Notes under the pieces: model-generated | Told to the model about the DNA's origin: nothing | What the model saw: the letters and a program-made list of their open reading frames with translations, nothing else | Database searches by the model: none | Virus genome (UHGV): UHGV-2031204 | Direction: 5' to 3' (one strand) | Length of the DNA: 64,000 nt | Source of the DNA: a virus | In this document: in pieces, positions 1 to 8,642 of the stretch | Numbering within the stretch: the stretch's first letter is position 1 | Layout of the letters: every line of letters starts with the position of its first letter | Program-made: the position numbers and the translations under genes

Positions 1-488
1 GAGCTATCTCGAGTGGTGTCCGAGATTCAGCGGTATCTGAGGGATCAATACGCCGTTATTGGCTAGACCCGAACGAGATCCCTTCGGATCATGTCATTAA
101 TACGCTTAAGCTTGATACCACCTCTCTGTTCAAACAACGTAGCACGCGCCCGATAACTTATCAGGAAGCTCACGATGAGCTTTTGGGTGCGTACGATTTA
201 TCGGTCGGTCTAGACACCGGGACGAGACATGTTGGCTTATCAGATTTCGAAAACCCCGAATATGGGAGTCTGTATGAAATCTGGATGGAAGTGTATCTGC
301 GTGAGCAGATAGGCGAGCATTTCAGAATGACCTTCGACGAGTGGTTAAATCGACCACGGTGGGAGATTATGATGATGCTCCGTGTGCTTAATCGTCGTAA
401 AGCTGCGATTAAGAAAGTCATGAGTGATGTTACTTCCGGTGACCCAGAGCTACAAGGTTTGGAGAAAGAACTTAAGCTGAAAAATTAA
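1..488 (+). CDS. hypothetical protein, 3' portion (gene starts upstream of window)
   Basis: Frame beginning at position 3 has no stop codon until TAA at 486-488; the ORF track only shows it from an internal TTG at 183. Followed directly by a hairpin and T-tract. Confidence 0.5.
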   Translation, partial: AISSGVRDSAVSEGSIRRYWLDPNEIPSDHVINTLKLDTTSLFKQRSTRPITYQEAHDELLGAYDLSVGLDTGTRHVGLSDFENPEYGSLYEIWMEVYLREQIGEHFRMTFDEWLNRPRWEIMMMLRVLNRRKAAIKKVMSDVTSGDPELQGLEKELKLKN

Positions 489-492
489 GTGT

Positions 493-535
493 AAGGGAGT
501 CGTAAAGACTCCCTTAGCTTTTTTCTTTTTTTTTC
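493..535 (+). terminator. intrinsic terminator (GC stem-loop plus T-tract)
   Basis: aagggagtcgtaaagactccctt followed by a long T-run, immediately after the stop at 488. Confidence 0.7.
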
Positions 536-569
536 GCTTTGGTATGAACCCCCTGTATTGGAAAAGGCT

Positions 570-1424
570 ATGATTGACATTTATACCGATTACGCCGCCG
601 TTCTTACCGTCAATCGTGCGGAAGAACGTGCTGCGCCTTTCCTGGACTTAGTAACGCTGTGCATGGATTACGGTTACGATGTTGCGTTAAGCGATGTGTA
701 TTGGCAACCGTCGTCTGATCCTGCCGACGAAACAGTAAGACTGGAAGGGATTATTGTAAAATGCGCCGTGGCGTTAGGCAACCGTTTAGGCGTTGCTTTA
801 AACCCACAAGAAGTTTTCCGTAAACCGAAAGAGACCGTACGTATTCTAGATGGTATTACGTCTAAATTCGAAGAGTTCGAAGACACTGATACGTTATACG
901 GTCTCGTGATGTCTGGAGAAACGCCAGAGTTTATCCTGGAAAGTATCTGCCGTTACGTATACGGTGATGACAATATCCATTTTGAAGATTTGGTCATTCG
1001 TGTTTCACCCCGTGTAATGACGGTGATGCGCAACTATCTTTCAGCTATGGTTGTGGATGAACAGCTTGCTGTAGGTAACGATGCGCGTCTGACGCGTATT
1101 GCAGAATACTTGCGTCTTTATCCGCAAAACCCTTCTGCGTTCGTATTCCTAAACCTACCTGAAGATCCCGATTTGACGGTTGTCCAACAATCGTTAGTGT
1201 TTGACGTCGAAGATTACAGCGAAACAGAATTACTCGAGATGTATACGGTAGGGCTTTCGATTATCGATAACGATGACTTCGATGACGCGTATGCCGATCT
1301 TTCGACGAACTTAGAGAAACTTAATAATGATGGGTTACAACCCATTACTGTTTTACAACCTGCATTAAAAAGCCTACGGCTGATTTATCAGGTTGAGGAG
1401 GCAGAGCACGATGACGAGGTTTGA
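570..1424 (+). CDS. hypothetical protein
   Basis: Long ORF; ATG at 570 preceded by ggaaaagg; the track start at 558 is a TTG. Confidence 0.75.
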   Translation: MIDIYTDYAAVLTVNRAEERAAPFLDLVTLCMDYGYDVALSDVYWQPSSDPADETVRLEGIIVKCAVALGNRLGVALNPQEVFRKPKETVRILDGITSKFEEFEDTDTLYGLVMSGETPEFILESICRYVYGDDNIHFEDLVIRVSPRVMTVMRNYLSAMVVDEQLAVGNDARLTRIAEYLRLYPQNPSAFVFLNLPEDPDLTVVQQSLVFDVEDYSETELLEMYTVGLSIIDNDDFDDAYADLSTNLEKLNNDGLQPITVLQPALKSLRLIYQVEEAEHDDEV

Positions 1425-2712
1425 GTTCTTAGTAGCGGCATGTAAAGCAGAGGCATGGCGACGTCTGGTCTGGCGCATTGCTATTTTTAACATGTCGGTA
1501 TTTCCAACAGGGCGCGAAGAACCCGAAGCGTTTGATATAACGTATATCGACGGCTTACCGCATTATTACGCTGTAGAAGACGGCAAGGGCAGTTGGGAAC
1601 CGATTACTGACGGCGTAAAGGACCAGGAGCTGTTTGTCCCTGAAGAACAGTTCGAGCTACGCCCTGACGATTATCCCGGTTTAGACGGTCCTATTCCCAC
1701 GACAGTAGGACGATACGTTTTTAACTGGATTGTTATCTGGTATGCATTTGGTACACGCTTACCCTATCTGGCGATTTCACAAAACCCGTTGGAATATCGC
1801 AAAGAGATGCATCGGCGTTGTTTAGACCATGAAACCGATGAGCCAGAAAACGAAGGTGCAATTCGACCGAGTATGATTGAGCGCTTTGTAAGCGGTTTAC
1901 ACGAACTCGCGCCACTTACGTCAGGGATTGCACCAACCGGTACGTTACGAAGTCTCACAGTGCATCCTGATGCGTATAAAATCCGCGATGCGTTACTGTT
2001 GAAGCACAAAGACGAGTTAGACGATCCTGCCGTTATCGTTAAGATTGAAAAAGCGTTGGATGAGTTAGACAAAGAATGGTTGTCGGGTGACCAATCTATT
2101 GAGTTTTATAACTCGCCGAAATCGCGGATGCGTCGACGTAAATTAATGCTGATGTACGGTATCGAATCGTCTTTTCAGGAAGGGGGTCATTACACGCTCA
2201 TTCCGAACGCGTTAGTTGAAGTTGATAAGGCGGGGATGGAAAACCTGGTTGCGAAATTCAACTCTATCCGTGAAGGTTCATTCTCTCGTGGTGCGGAAAC
2301 AGCGAAAGGGGGTGAGCAGGTACGTATTATCCAGATGATTTTCCAGAACCACCGAATCGTCCCTGGTGACTGCGGAACGAAACTAACGTACCCGGTTGTG
2401 ATTACCGAAGATAACGTAAAACGTTACGTTGGGATGAATGCGATGGTTAATGGTAAACTGACACCATTGACTGAGGAATATTTAAAACAACAGTTAGGTA
2501 AGGTGGTGCGGTTACGCCGACCCATCTTATGTCAGTATGGCCACATCGACACCTGCACAGCGTGTTCGTCTGCGAATAAAGGGGAAGAACCTCGCGCAAT
2601 CGCTGCGGATATATCCTCGGCGTTCTCTAACGTTATGTCCGTGGCAATGGCCGCGATGCATGGTAAAGAGACAGTGGTACACGAATTTAATCCATCGATC
2701 CACATTACGTAA
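1411..2712 (+). CDS. hypothetical protein
   Basis: 433-aa ORF; ATG at 1411 preceded by gaggagg; overlaps the upstream gene by 14 nt. Confidence 0.8.
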   Translation: MTRFEFLVAACKAEAWRRLVWRIAIFNMSVFPTGREEPEAFDITYIDGLPHYYAVEDGKGSWEPITDGVKDQELFVPEEQFELRPDDYPGLDGPIPTTVGRYVFNWIVIWYAFGTRLPYLAISQNPLEYRKEMHRRCLDHETDEPENEGAIRPSMIERFVSGLHELAPLTSGIAPTGTLRSLTVHPDAYKIRDALLLKHKDELDDPAVIVKIEKALDELDKEWLSGDQSIEFYNSPKSRMRRRKLMLMYGIESSFQEGGHYTLIPNALVEVDKAGMENLVAKFNSIREGSFSRGAETAKGGEQVRIIQMIFQNHRIVPGDCGTKLTYPVVITEDNVKRYVGMNAMVNGKLTPLTEEYLKQQLGKVVRLRRPILCQYGHIDTCTACSSANKGEEPRAIAADISSAFSNVMSVAMAAMHGKETVVHEFNPSIHIT

Positions 2713-2725
2713 GGATTATTAGCCA

Positions 2726-3235
2726 ATGGCAACTAAAGATATTTCGACACAAGATGAGCGCCCGGCAGCTGTAAGACGCGCTGAGGAAAATGCGGTAAAT
2801 TACAGCCAAGATGACGCGTACCAGGTGCGACTTATTGCTACTCAGCTCGATGAGGCTGGCGGGGCAATTAGCCAAAATAAACCGAAAGATACCCCAGAAG
2901 CTGACGACGCTTTCCGTAAGTTACATCAATCGTTCCGTACGTTGTTTGAACTTCGTGGTCAGGCATTCATTGATGCGTTCAATGTGTTCGTTGAGGCTGC
3001 AATTAAACACAAGCGTGGTATCTTCTACTATCCTAATGTGAACTACCATTTAGATTGGTTTTACGATTCTGCTGAACGTGAAACATATGTCGTGTTTATC
3101 AACATGTTAGTACGCTTCGCAAATTCTCAGGATAAAGCAAACTTTGCTCAGCGTGACAACGTTGGACGTTTGGTACAACGTGTGACCGATCCAGAGCTGC
3201 AACACTTGCTGGCTTACTGCTTCAACGCGGCATAA
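2726..3235 (+). CDS. hypothetical protein
   Basis: 169-aa ORF with ATG at 2726, followed by a bidirectional terminator. Confidence 0.8.
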   Translation: MATKDISTQDERPAAVRRAEENAVNYSQDDAYQVRLIATQLDEAGGAISQNKPKDTPEADDAFRKLHQSFRTLFELRGQAFIDAFNVFVEAAIKHKRGIFYYPNVNYHLDWFYDSAERETYVVFINMLVRFANSQDKANFAQRDNVGRLVQRVTDPELQHLLAYCFNAA

Positions 3236-3240
3236 AAGTA

Positions 3241-3283
3241 TTACCCTACTCCCGAAGGAGTAGGGTAACGTTTATTTTTTTAC
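3241..3283. terminator. bidirectional intrinsic terminator between convergent genes
   Basis: Stem-loop ttaccctactcccgaaggagtagggtaa with a T-run on the + side; lies between the + gene ending 3235 and the - gene ending 3280. Near-identical copy at 8599-8626. Confidence 0.7.
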
Positions 3284-5061
3284 CGTGCAGCTTTGATGTA
3301 TTCAAAAGGATCGGTAATCGTTTCTCCTTGTCTACGTAGAAAAGCTTCTAAGACGACATTTTTATCGGGCAATAGGAAGAAATCTGTCGCGATTTCCATT
3401 GCATTGACGCGCCCCGCAGTAAGGTTAATACCGACACGACGCCGTACCTCTTCAGGAACACCGTGAATGCTCAGTAGCTCGATTAACGTTGTTTCACGAG
3501 ACTGGTTCATCATGTTCGTTGCAGATGGGTATGCCTGGGTTAAGTCAGCATCCGCAGTTTGCCCACGGAAAGCCGTGTAGAAATCATCAACTTCTTTGAT
3601 GATGTTTCGTAGCCCATTCTCTGCGTTCATACACGCAGTCAATGTAACAATCCAACCATCCGTCCCAATGACTTCATTGTCGAAATCGTTACGCATCGCG
3701 CTACCCACACAACCGATAACCAGGCCCTGTTCATAGAGGTAATACGTGTATGCAATACAGATTCGCTTCGGCAGAGAAGGGAAAATATCATACATCGAAT
3801 AACCCGCCAAAACTGAAATAGCAGAAGACAGATCGTTCGTCTTTTTATCGAGCAGAACAATCATCAAGTTATCGAAGATGTTATAAACGCAGTATTCTAA
3901 CGGGAAATCTTTCTGCGCCTTTAAGTGCCATTCCAACTTCTCCTCGTAGGGCAGTTCCGGTAAGTCCAACTTGTTTAAACCCAACTCGGTTTCCAGTATC
4001 GCGTTAAGTTTGTAAGAGGGGCGTTGTCCCTCGTGTACACGCAATGAACGGAATAGACACATTGCATCTACACAGTAGAATGACGCCGTACAATAAAGAA
4101 TGTGCCACTGTTGCGAAGGCGCTTTTGTTAATGACTTTGATTCCGTTTTCTTCGATGCTTCGTCTTTCTTAAAGTAGACACGACGGTACTGTTTTGGCAC
4201 GTCAGGATGACAGAAGACGTCTTCCGGTGGAATCCCCGCAGCTTCTAAAGCTTCCAACATACGTGAAATATCGAACTCGTGGTTCCATGCGACGAGTAAG
4301 TCAGGAAGCCGAGGATGGATTTCCTCAAACATCCGTTGAATGCAACAACCTGAATTGAGGCATTCGTAAACGAAGATTTTGTAACCATCGATAACGTTTT
4401 TGTATTTAACGATAGGATTGTCGTTCTCGTCTTTTCCACGAAAAGCGATTTTAGAAAGCAATTCCTGAGCACGTTTGACGAGTCGCGCTTCAAAGTTTTC
4501 ACGCCCACAACGGGTGACGTAGTCTTTCGTAGCAAAGAAATGAATTTCGTCGTCTAAAACAAAACTCATAATCCAGGGGTCTCGAGACTTGTCTTCTTCT
4601 CGAGTTTCCACGTCGTATACACAGATGCGGTTAGGTGAAACAGCATTAGGCCATTTACGTATGTACTTTTCTTTAATCCAGCTAGTAATGGGCAAATCAG
4701 CCCAGTAAACATACGGTGAAGTACAAACCTGACGGAGTGGTTTCTTTTTATCGGGAAAACGAATCCCCAGACCCATCTGTATGGTTGAGGACATCATTAC
4801 GTCCGTTGTTAAATATTCCTGGCACTTACTACGTTCTTCGTATTCTTTCTTTTCCTTGTGATTACGATGTTGTGGTAAAGTAATGTAGATGGGCCGTTTC
4901 AGATTTTCACGCATGACAATTCGTGGGATATATCTGCCATCTTTAGTATGGACGACCTCCTTTATGAGCACGAAGTCGTTTTCTTTCTGCTGATCGGTTG
5001 CGTAAGAAACAAACTTGCACTCCTTGGCAATAACGTCTTCCGGTGCGTAATAGTTATTCAT
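3280..5061 (-). CDS. DEDD-type 3'-5' exonuclease domain protein (possible proofreading or split-polymerase subunit)
   Basis: Translation contains VYDVETREED (Exo I-like D-x-E), WNHEFDISRM (Exo II-like N-x-x-FD) and YCVDAMCL / YNIFDNL (Exo III-like Y-x3-D). No polymerase palm motifs (DxxSLYPS, YGDTDS) seen. Start set at the internal ATG (MNNYYAPED) rather than the track start at 5175. Confidence 0.5.
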   Translation of the reverse strand: MNNYYAPEDVIAKECKFVSYATDQQKENDFVLIKEVVHTKDGRYIPRIVMRENLKRPIYITLPQHRNHKEKKEYEERSKCQEYLTTDVMMSSTIQMGLGIRFPDKKKPLRQVCTSPYVYWADLPITSWIKEKYIRKWPNAVSPNRICVYDVETREEDKSRDPWIMSFVLDDEIHFFATKDYVTRCGRENFEARLVKRAQELLSKIAFRGKDENDNPIVKYKNVIDGYKIFVYECLNSGCCIQRMFEEIHPRLPDLLVAWNHEFDISRMLEALEAAGIPPEDVFCHPDVPKQYRRVYFKKDEASKKTESKSLTKAPSQQWHILYCTASFYCVDAMCLFRSLRVHEGQRPSYKLNAILETELGLNKLDLPELPYEEKLEWHLKAQKDFPLEYCVYNIFDNLMIVLLDKKTNDLSSAISVLAGYSMYDIFPSLPKRICIAYTYYLYEQGLVIGCVGSAMRNDFDNEVIGTDGWIVTLTACMNAENGLRNIIKEVDDFYTAFRGQTADADLTQAYPSATNMMNQSRETTLIELLSIHGVPEEVRRRVGINLTAGRVNAMEIATDFFLLPDKNVVLEAFLRRQGETITDPFEYIKAAR

Positions 5062-5132
5062 GATTTCACTCTCAAATCTAGCGGCTGCTATACTGATTTG
5101 TGGGTAATGTAATTTCTCAAAAGGAAACACAA

Positions 5133-6467
5133 ATGGGATATTGGCAAAATCACATTGCATCAGTTGCGGATGCAAAGGTTGTAGCCGCAGAATCGATTAA
5201 ATTCCAAGACAAAAAGAAGCTGGCAGAATTGGCTGATATTATTGCTAAGTTTCGTGGAGCAGGCGATTTCAGTCCTGCTGGCTACGAAAGTGCCGGGGTT
5301 TCGGATTGGGTATTTAAGAATATCGGCATTACGATTCACTTTAAGAACGGTGGTGAACTGGGTCTTGCTGACGTTGCTTTTGCAGGTGTGGAACCACCGA
5401 AATTGGATGCAAACAGTCCAATCATCGCATCGATGACTCGTGCGCTGTACGCAGGTAACAAAGACCTGGATATGTACAGTAAGTTCATCAAAGAAAACGA
5501 GCTAAACTCAACAATCGATGACAGCAGTGCAAAAATCAGTGGCGATCTGAGCAAAGTGGGTTCTCCGCTTTATCTTACCCCGGTGCTGTTGGAAAAATTA
5601 AATTTGACCGATCTGGAAATCGCCTCGGTGATTCTTCACGAAGTCGGGCACATCTACTATTATTTCCGCACTCTGATGCGCACTGTGGTGACTGATTTGC
5701 TGGCGGATGCTGCGGCTAACCGCATCATGGAAACGGAAGACCAGAATGTCCGCTTGCGTATCGTTAAAGACGTAGAGAAGATGCTGAACACGAAAGTGAA
5801 TCAGCCAGAAACGATTTGTACTGAGTACAAAAAAGAAAACGTCTACATGCACTTGGTCACACAGCTGTTATTAGATCGTCCGTTTATTAGTGGCAGTCAA
5901 GGCTTTGCTAACAGAACGTGGGAACGTGCTGCGGACGATTTTGCTTCCCGTTTCGGAGGCGCTCCTTATCTGGCTTCCGCACTGTATAAAATGGAAACCA
6001 GTTCGTTCTATTTGCTGCGGAACTCAGCGTATATGAACATGGGTGTCCATTTGACAGTAGAACTTTTCCGCGTGACTGCGCTGATAGTCTCTTCTACGAT
6101 TCCAATCATTCCGGTGATCTCCGTGACGTTCGGAATGATCTTAAATGACCCGGATAACACCATTTACGATCCGCCACAGCAGCGTTTTGAGGCAATGCGA
6201 CGTACACTCGTTGAAGAACTCAATACGATTAAAGACAAAAATACGAAAGCTGCTAACGAGCAACGTAAACGTATTTTAGATGGTATTGCGGTTATCGACA
6301 AGTTATTAGAAACCGTAAAAGATAAAGATAACTTGTACCAGTTTATCTGGAATACTTTAACGCCGAAGGGTCGTCGCTCACGTGCTGCAGTTGATTACCA
6401 GCGCGCGATTGGGAAGTATATGTCGAACGATCTTCGTATTGCTTCAGCCATGTTTAATGTCGAATAA
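5133..6467 (+). CDS. putative M48-like zinc metalloprotease with hydrophobic segment
   Basis: HExxH at ILHEVGHIYY, then downstream ERAADDFASRFGG resembling the M48/HtpX third-ligand E-x-x-A-D motif; probable TM stretch LIVSSTIPIIPVISVTFGMIL. ATG at 5133 preceded by aaaaggaaac. Confidence 0.45.
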   Translation: MGYWQNHIASVADAKVVAAESIKFQDKKKLAELADIIAKFRGAGDFSPAGYESAGVSDWVFKNIGITIHFKNGGELGLADVAFAGVEPPKLDANSPIIASMTRALYAGNKDLDMYSKFIKENELNSTIDDSSAKISGDLSKVGSPLYLTPVLLEKLNLTDLEIASVILHEVGHIYYYFRTLMRTVVTDLLADAAANRIMETEDQNVRLRIVKDVEKMLNTKVNQPETICTEYKKENVYMHLVTQLLLDRPFISGSQGFANRTWERAADDFASRFGGAPYLASALYKMETSSFYLLRNSAYMNMGVHLTVELFRVTALIVSSTIPIIPVISVTFGMILNDPDNTIYDPPQQRFEAMRRTLVEELNTIKDKNTKAANEQRKRILDGIAVIDKLLETVKDKDNLYQFIWNTLTPKGRRSRAAVDYQRAIGKYMSNDLRIASAMFNVE

Positions 6468-6481
6468 GTAAAGGTAAAATC

Positions 6482-6925
6482 ATGACGCATAAAGTTTCTT
6501 TAAATTCCCTGGTTCTGGACTTTAAACGTACGAACGAGGGTAAAGGTGTACAGGCACAACGCGCACTGACTGGCCTGGTCGCATTCGCATTGGCTTATAA
6601 TACCGATATGCCCGATAATGGTCCGTTTGGGTCGAATGAAGTGTCGCAGCTAAAGCTTCGCCCGCTGATGAAAAATGTTGTTTCGGACGTAAACGAGCTT
6701 TATTGTGTCGATCTGGGCAGTATTGAAGATTTGACAGTGGCACTGTTTTGTAACCGCTACGATAGCGCTTGGGGTGGTCGTCGCGCTATTGAAAACTTCT
6801 CTGTCCGTGAGATTTTCAATGAAGCCTTGGGCGACGATGTATGGGATACCGTTAATCTGTGGCTGGAACGTTTCATGGAAACGGTGAAATTCTATATGGA
6901 AGAAACGCGAGGCGAGCTGGTATGA
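6482..6925 (+). CDS. hypothetical protein
   Basis: 147-aa ORF; stop overlaps the next start (ATGA). Confidence 0.75.
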   Translation: MTHKVSLNSLVLDFKRTNEGKGVQAQRALTGLVAFALAYNTDMPDNGPFGSNEVSQLKLRPLMKNVVSDVNELYCVDLGSIEDLTVALFCNRYDSAWGGRRAIENFSVREIFNEALGDDVWDTVNLWLERFMETVKFYMEETRGELV

Positions 6926-8592
6926 GTATGGAGATGACAGCAAACATTGCGCAACCGCAGTGGAAACTCGATGAACTTCCTGCACTGTTAGAACAGCGTA
7001 TGGAAGAACGCATCGATTCTGTTAGCCAACTCAATCTCTACATGCAACGTAATGAAGCAGACCTGATTTACGGTTCTCGCCTTATCGCGCAAATTGAAGC
7101 GATCTTACGGGAAATACGTAATGCAGGGTTGAACCGTGATGTTGCTGTGGCGACTGAATCGTTGCGTCCTGGCACAATCCCGAAGGCGGTACAAAGTGTT
7201 CTGACGTCGAATTATTCCAAAACACACCAGAAAGAAACGGTGGTGGCATTAGAGTCTTACGCTAATTTTGGTAAGATTAGCCTTATCGTGATGGTGATGA
7301 TGGGGATAATGAAAATCCTCAGTTGGATTATCAGCAACGCCGTTCCTTTTGCAGGTGCTGCGAATATTGACGGGAACGACTATCGTGAGAAACTGGAAGA
7401 GAAGTTGGCCGATGTTCCTTTCACAGAGCGCCTGAAAACAACCGTACTGAAAGAAGTTTATCTGGTACTGTCAAAAGGTTTGAAAGACAGCGAGTTAAGC
7501 AACCTGGAGTTATCTCTTTCGCTGGCCGACGACGTTTTCGTGAACATGGAAGCTGAAGAGTTTCTAAATAAACTCGCCGCTGCGTTAGGTAAATCACCGT
7601 TTATCGATACGTTTAAGAACCATCTTAAACGTCGGCAGAATGAGTTGCAGGTTATTCAGGATCTGCTCGATACGCTGCTTCGGACGAATATCGGTTACGG
7701 TGTATTTGACTTCGGGGTTGCTGAGGAAGTCTATAACGGTTTGCCGCCTGATGTGAAACGTGCTGGAGTGAACATTCCGTCAGATATTCAGTTCAACTTA
7801 ATGAGCACGCTTCTTGACAGTTTTGCCGGTGCGCTTCAGGACTTAGACCAGTCGCTGAAAGACATCAAAACGTATTACCTGTCGAATAATCCGAAGGTAG
7901 GCACATCGCAAGAGAACCAAGTCGCCGCTGTGCATCTGGTTCGTGCGTTAGGCGAGATCAATGGCCGAATTGAATATACTGCCACGGAATTTGGACGACA
8001 GAAAGGTAGCCCGGGTCCAATTTTGCGTGTAAAAGACAAGGTTGAGCTTCTCGGCTATACCACACGTGAATTAGACAACGGTTGGATGATTGCGTCGATC
8101 GGTGCTAACTCTTTCTTTGGCTCCACAACAAATCTGGAGATGATGCGCCAGGAGTTGAGCTTAAGTAACGGGGATTACCGTGAGCTGTTGGCATGTCTGA
8201 TTACACTGGCACGTAGTGGTATCTCGGATGGTGTGGCGAACACCGCACTAGACAAGTATAAGGTGTTGGAGAAACGTGTCGATCAGGTTGTAAAAACCTT
8301 GAAAGATATGGCGCGCCAATCACGTTCTGGCGTCGACAGTCAGAAATGGCAGGCGATGGAACAGGCGTTTAAAGACCAGGTGACGCGAGGGGAGAACTTT
8401 AACCTTCATGGTCGTGAGCTGACCACGATGATGGTGTTAAACCCTGACCGTAATGTCTGGGATTCTGTTGCGCACAGTGCAAACATGATTAACATGTGGT
8501 GCAAGGCCGCAGGGTCTATGGCAACGGTGTTGAAGCGTGCCAAGTCCAACCCACTTGTGAAAGGCGGGAAGTTCAATAAATTGATTGATTAA
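6922..8592 (+). CDS. hypothetical membrane-associated protein
   Basis: Long ORF; the in-frame ATG at 6922 overlaps the upstream stop; hydrophobic segment ISLIVMVMMGIMKILSWIISNAVPFAGAA. Confidence 0.75.
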   Translation: MSMEMTANIAQPQWKLDELPALLEQRMEERIDSVSQLNLYMQRNEADLIYGSRLIAQIEAILREIRNAGLNRDVAVATESLRPGTIPKAVQSVLTSNYSKTHQKETVVALESYANFGKISLIVMVMMGIMKILSWIISNAVPFAGAANIDGNDYREKLEEKLADVPFTERLKTTVLKEVYLVLSKGLKDSELSNLELSLSLADDVFVNMEAEEFLNKLAAALGKSPFIDTFKNHLKRRQNELQVIQDLLDTLLRTNIGYGVFDFGVAEEVYNGLPPDVKRAGVNIPSDIQFNLMSTLLDSFAGALQDLDQSLKDIKTYYLSNNPKVGTSQENQVAAVHLVRALGEINGRIEYTATEFGRQKGSPGPILRVKDKVELLGYTTRELDNGWMIASIGANSFFGSTTNLEMMRQELSLSNGDYRELLACLITLARSGISDGVANTALDKYKVLEKRVDQVVKTLKDMARQSRSGVDSQKWQAMEQAFKDQVTRGENFNLHGRELTTMMVLNPDRNVWDSVAHSANMINMWCKAAGSMATVLKRAKSNPLVKGGKFNKLID

Positions 8593-8598
8593 AAAAGA

Positions 8599-8642
8599 TT
8601 ACCCTACTCCCGGAGGAGTAGGGTAACTTTTATTATTTTTTC
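8599..8642. terminator. bidirectional intrinsic terminator (copy of the 3241 hairpin)
   Basis: ttaccctactcccggaggagtagggtaa plus T-run; differs from the 3241 copy by one loop base; sits between convergent genes. Confidence 0.7.

Noticed and set aside
170-421. Minus-strand ORF 170-421
   Set aside because: The plus-strand frame is open from the window edge to 488 and ends at a terminator, so the plus-strand gene is preferred.
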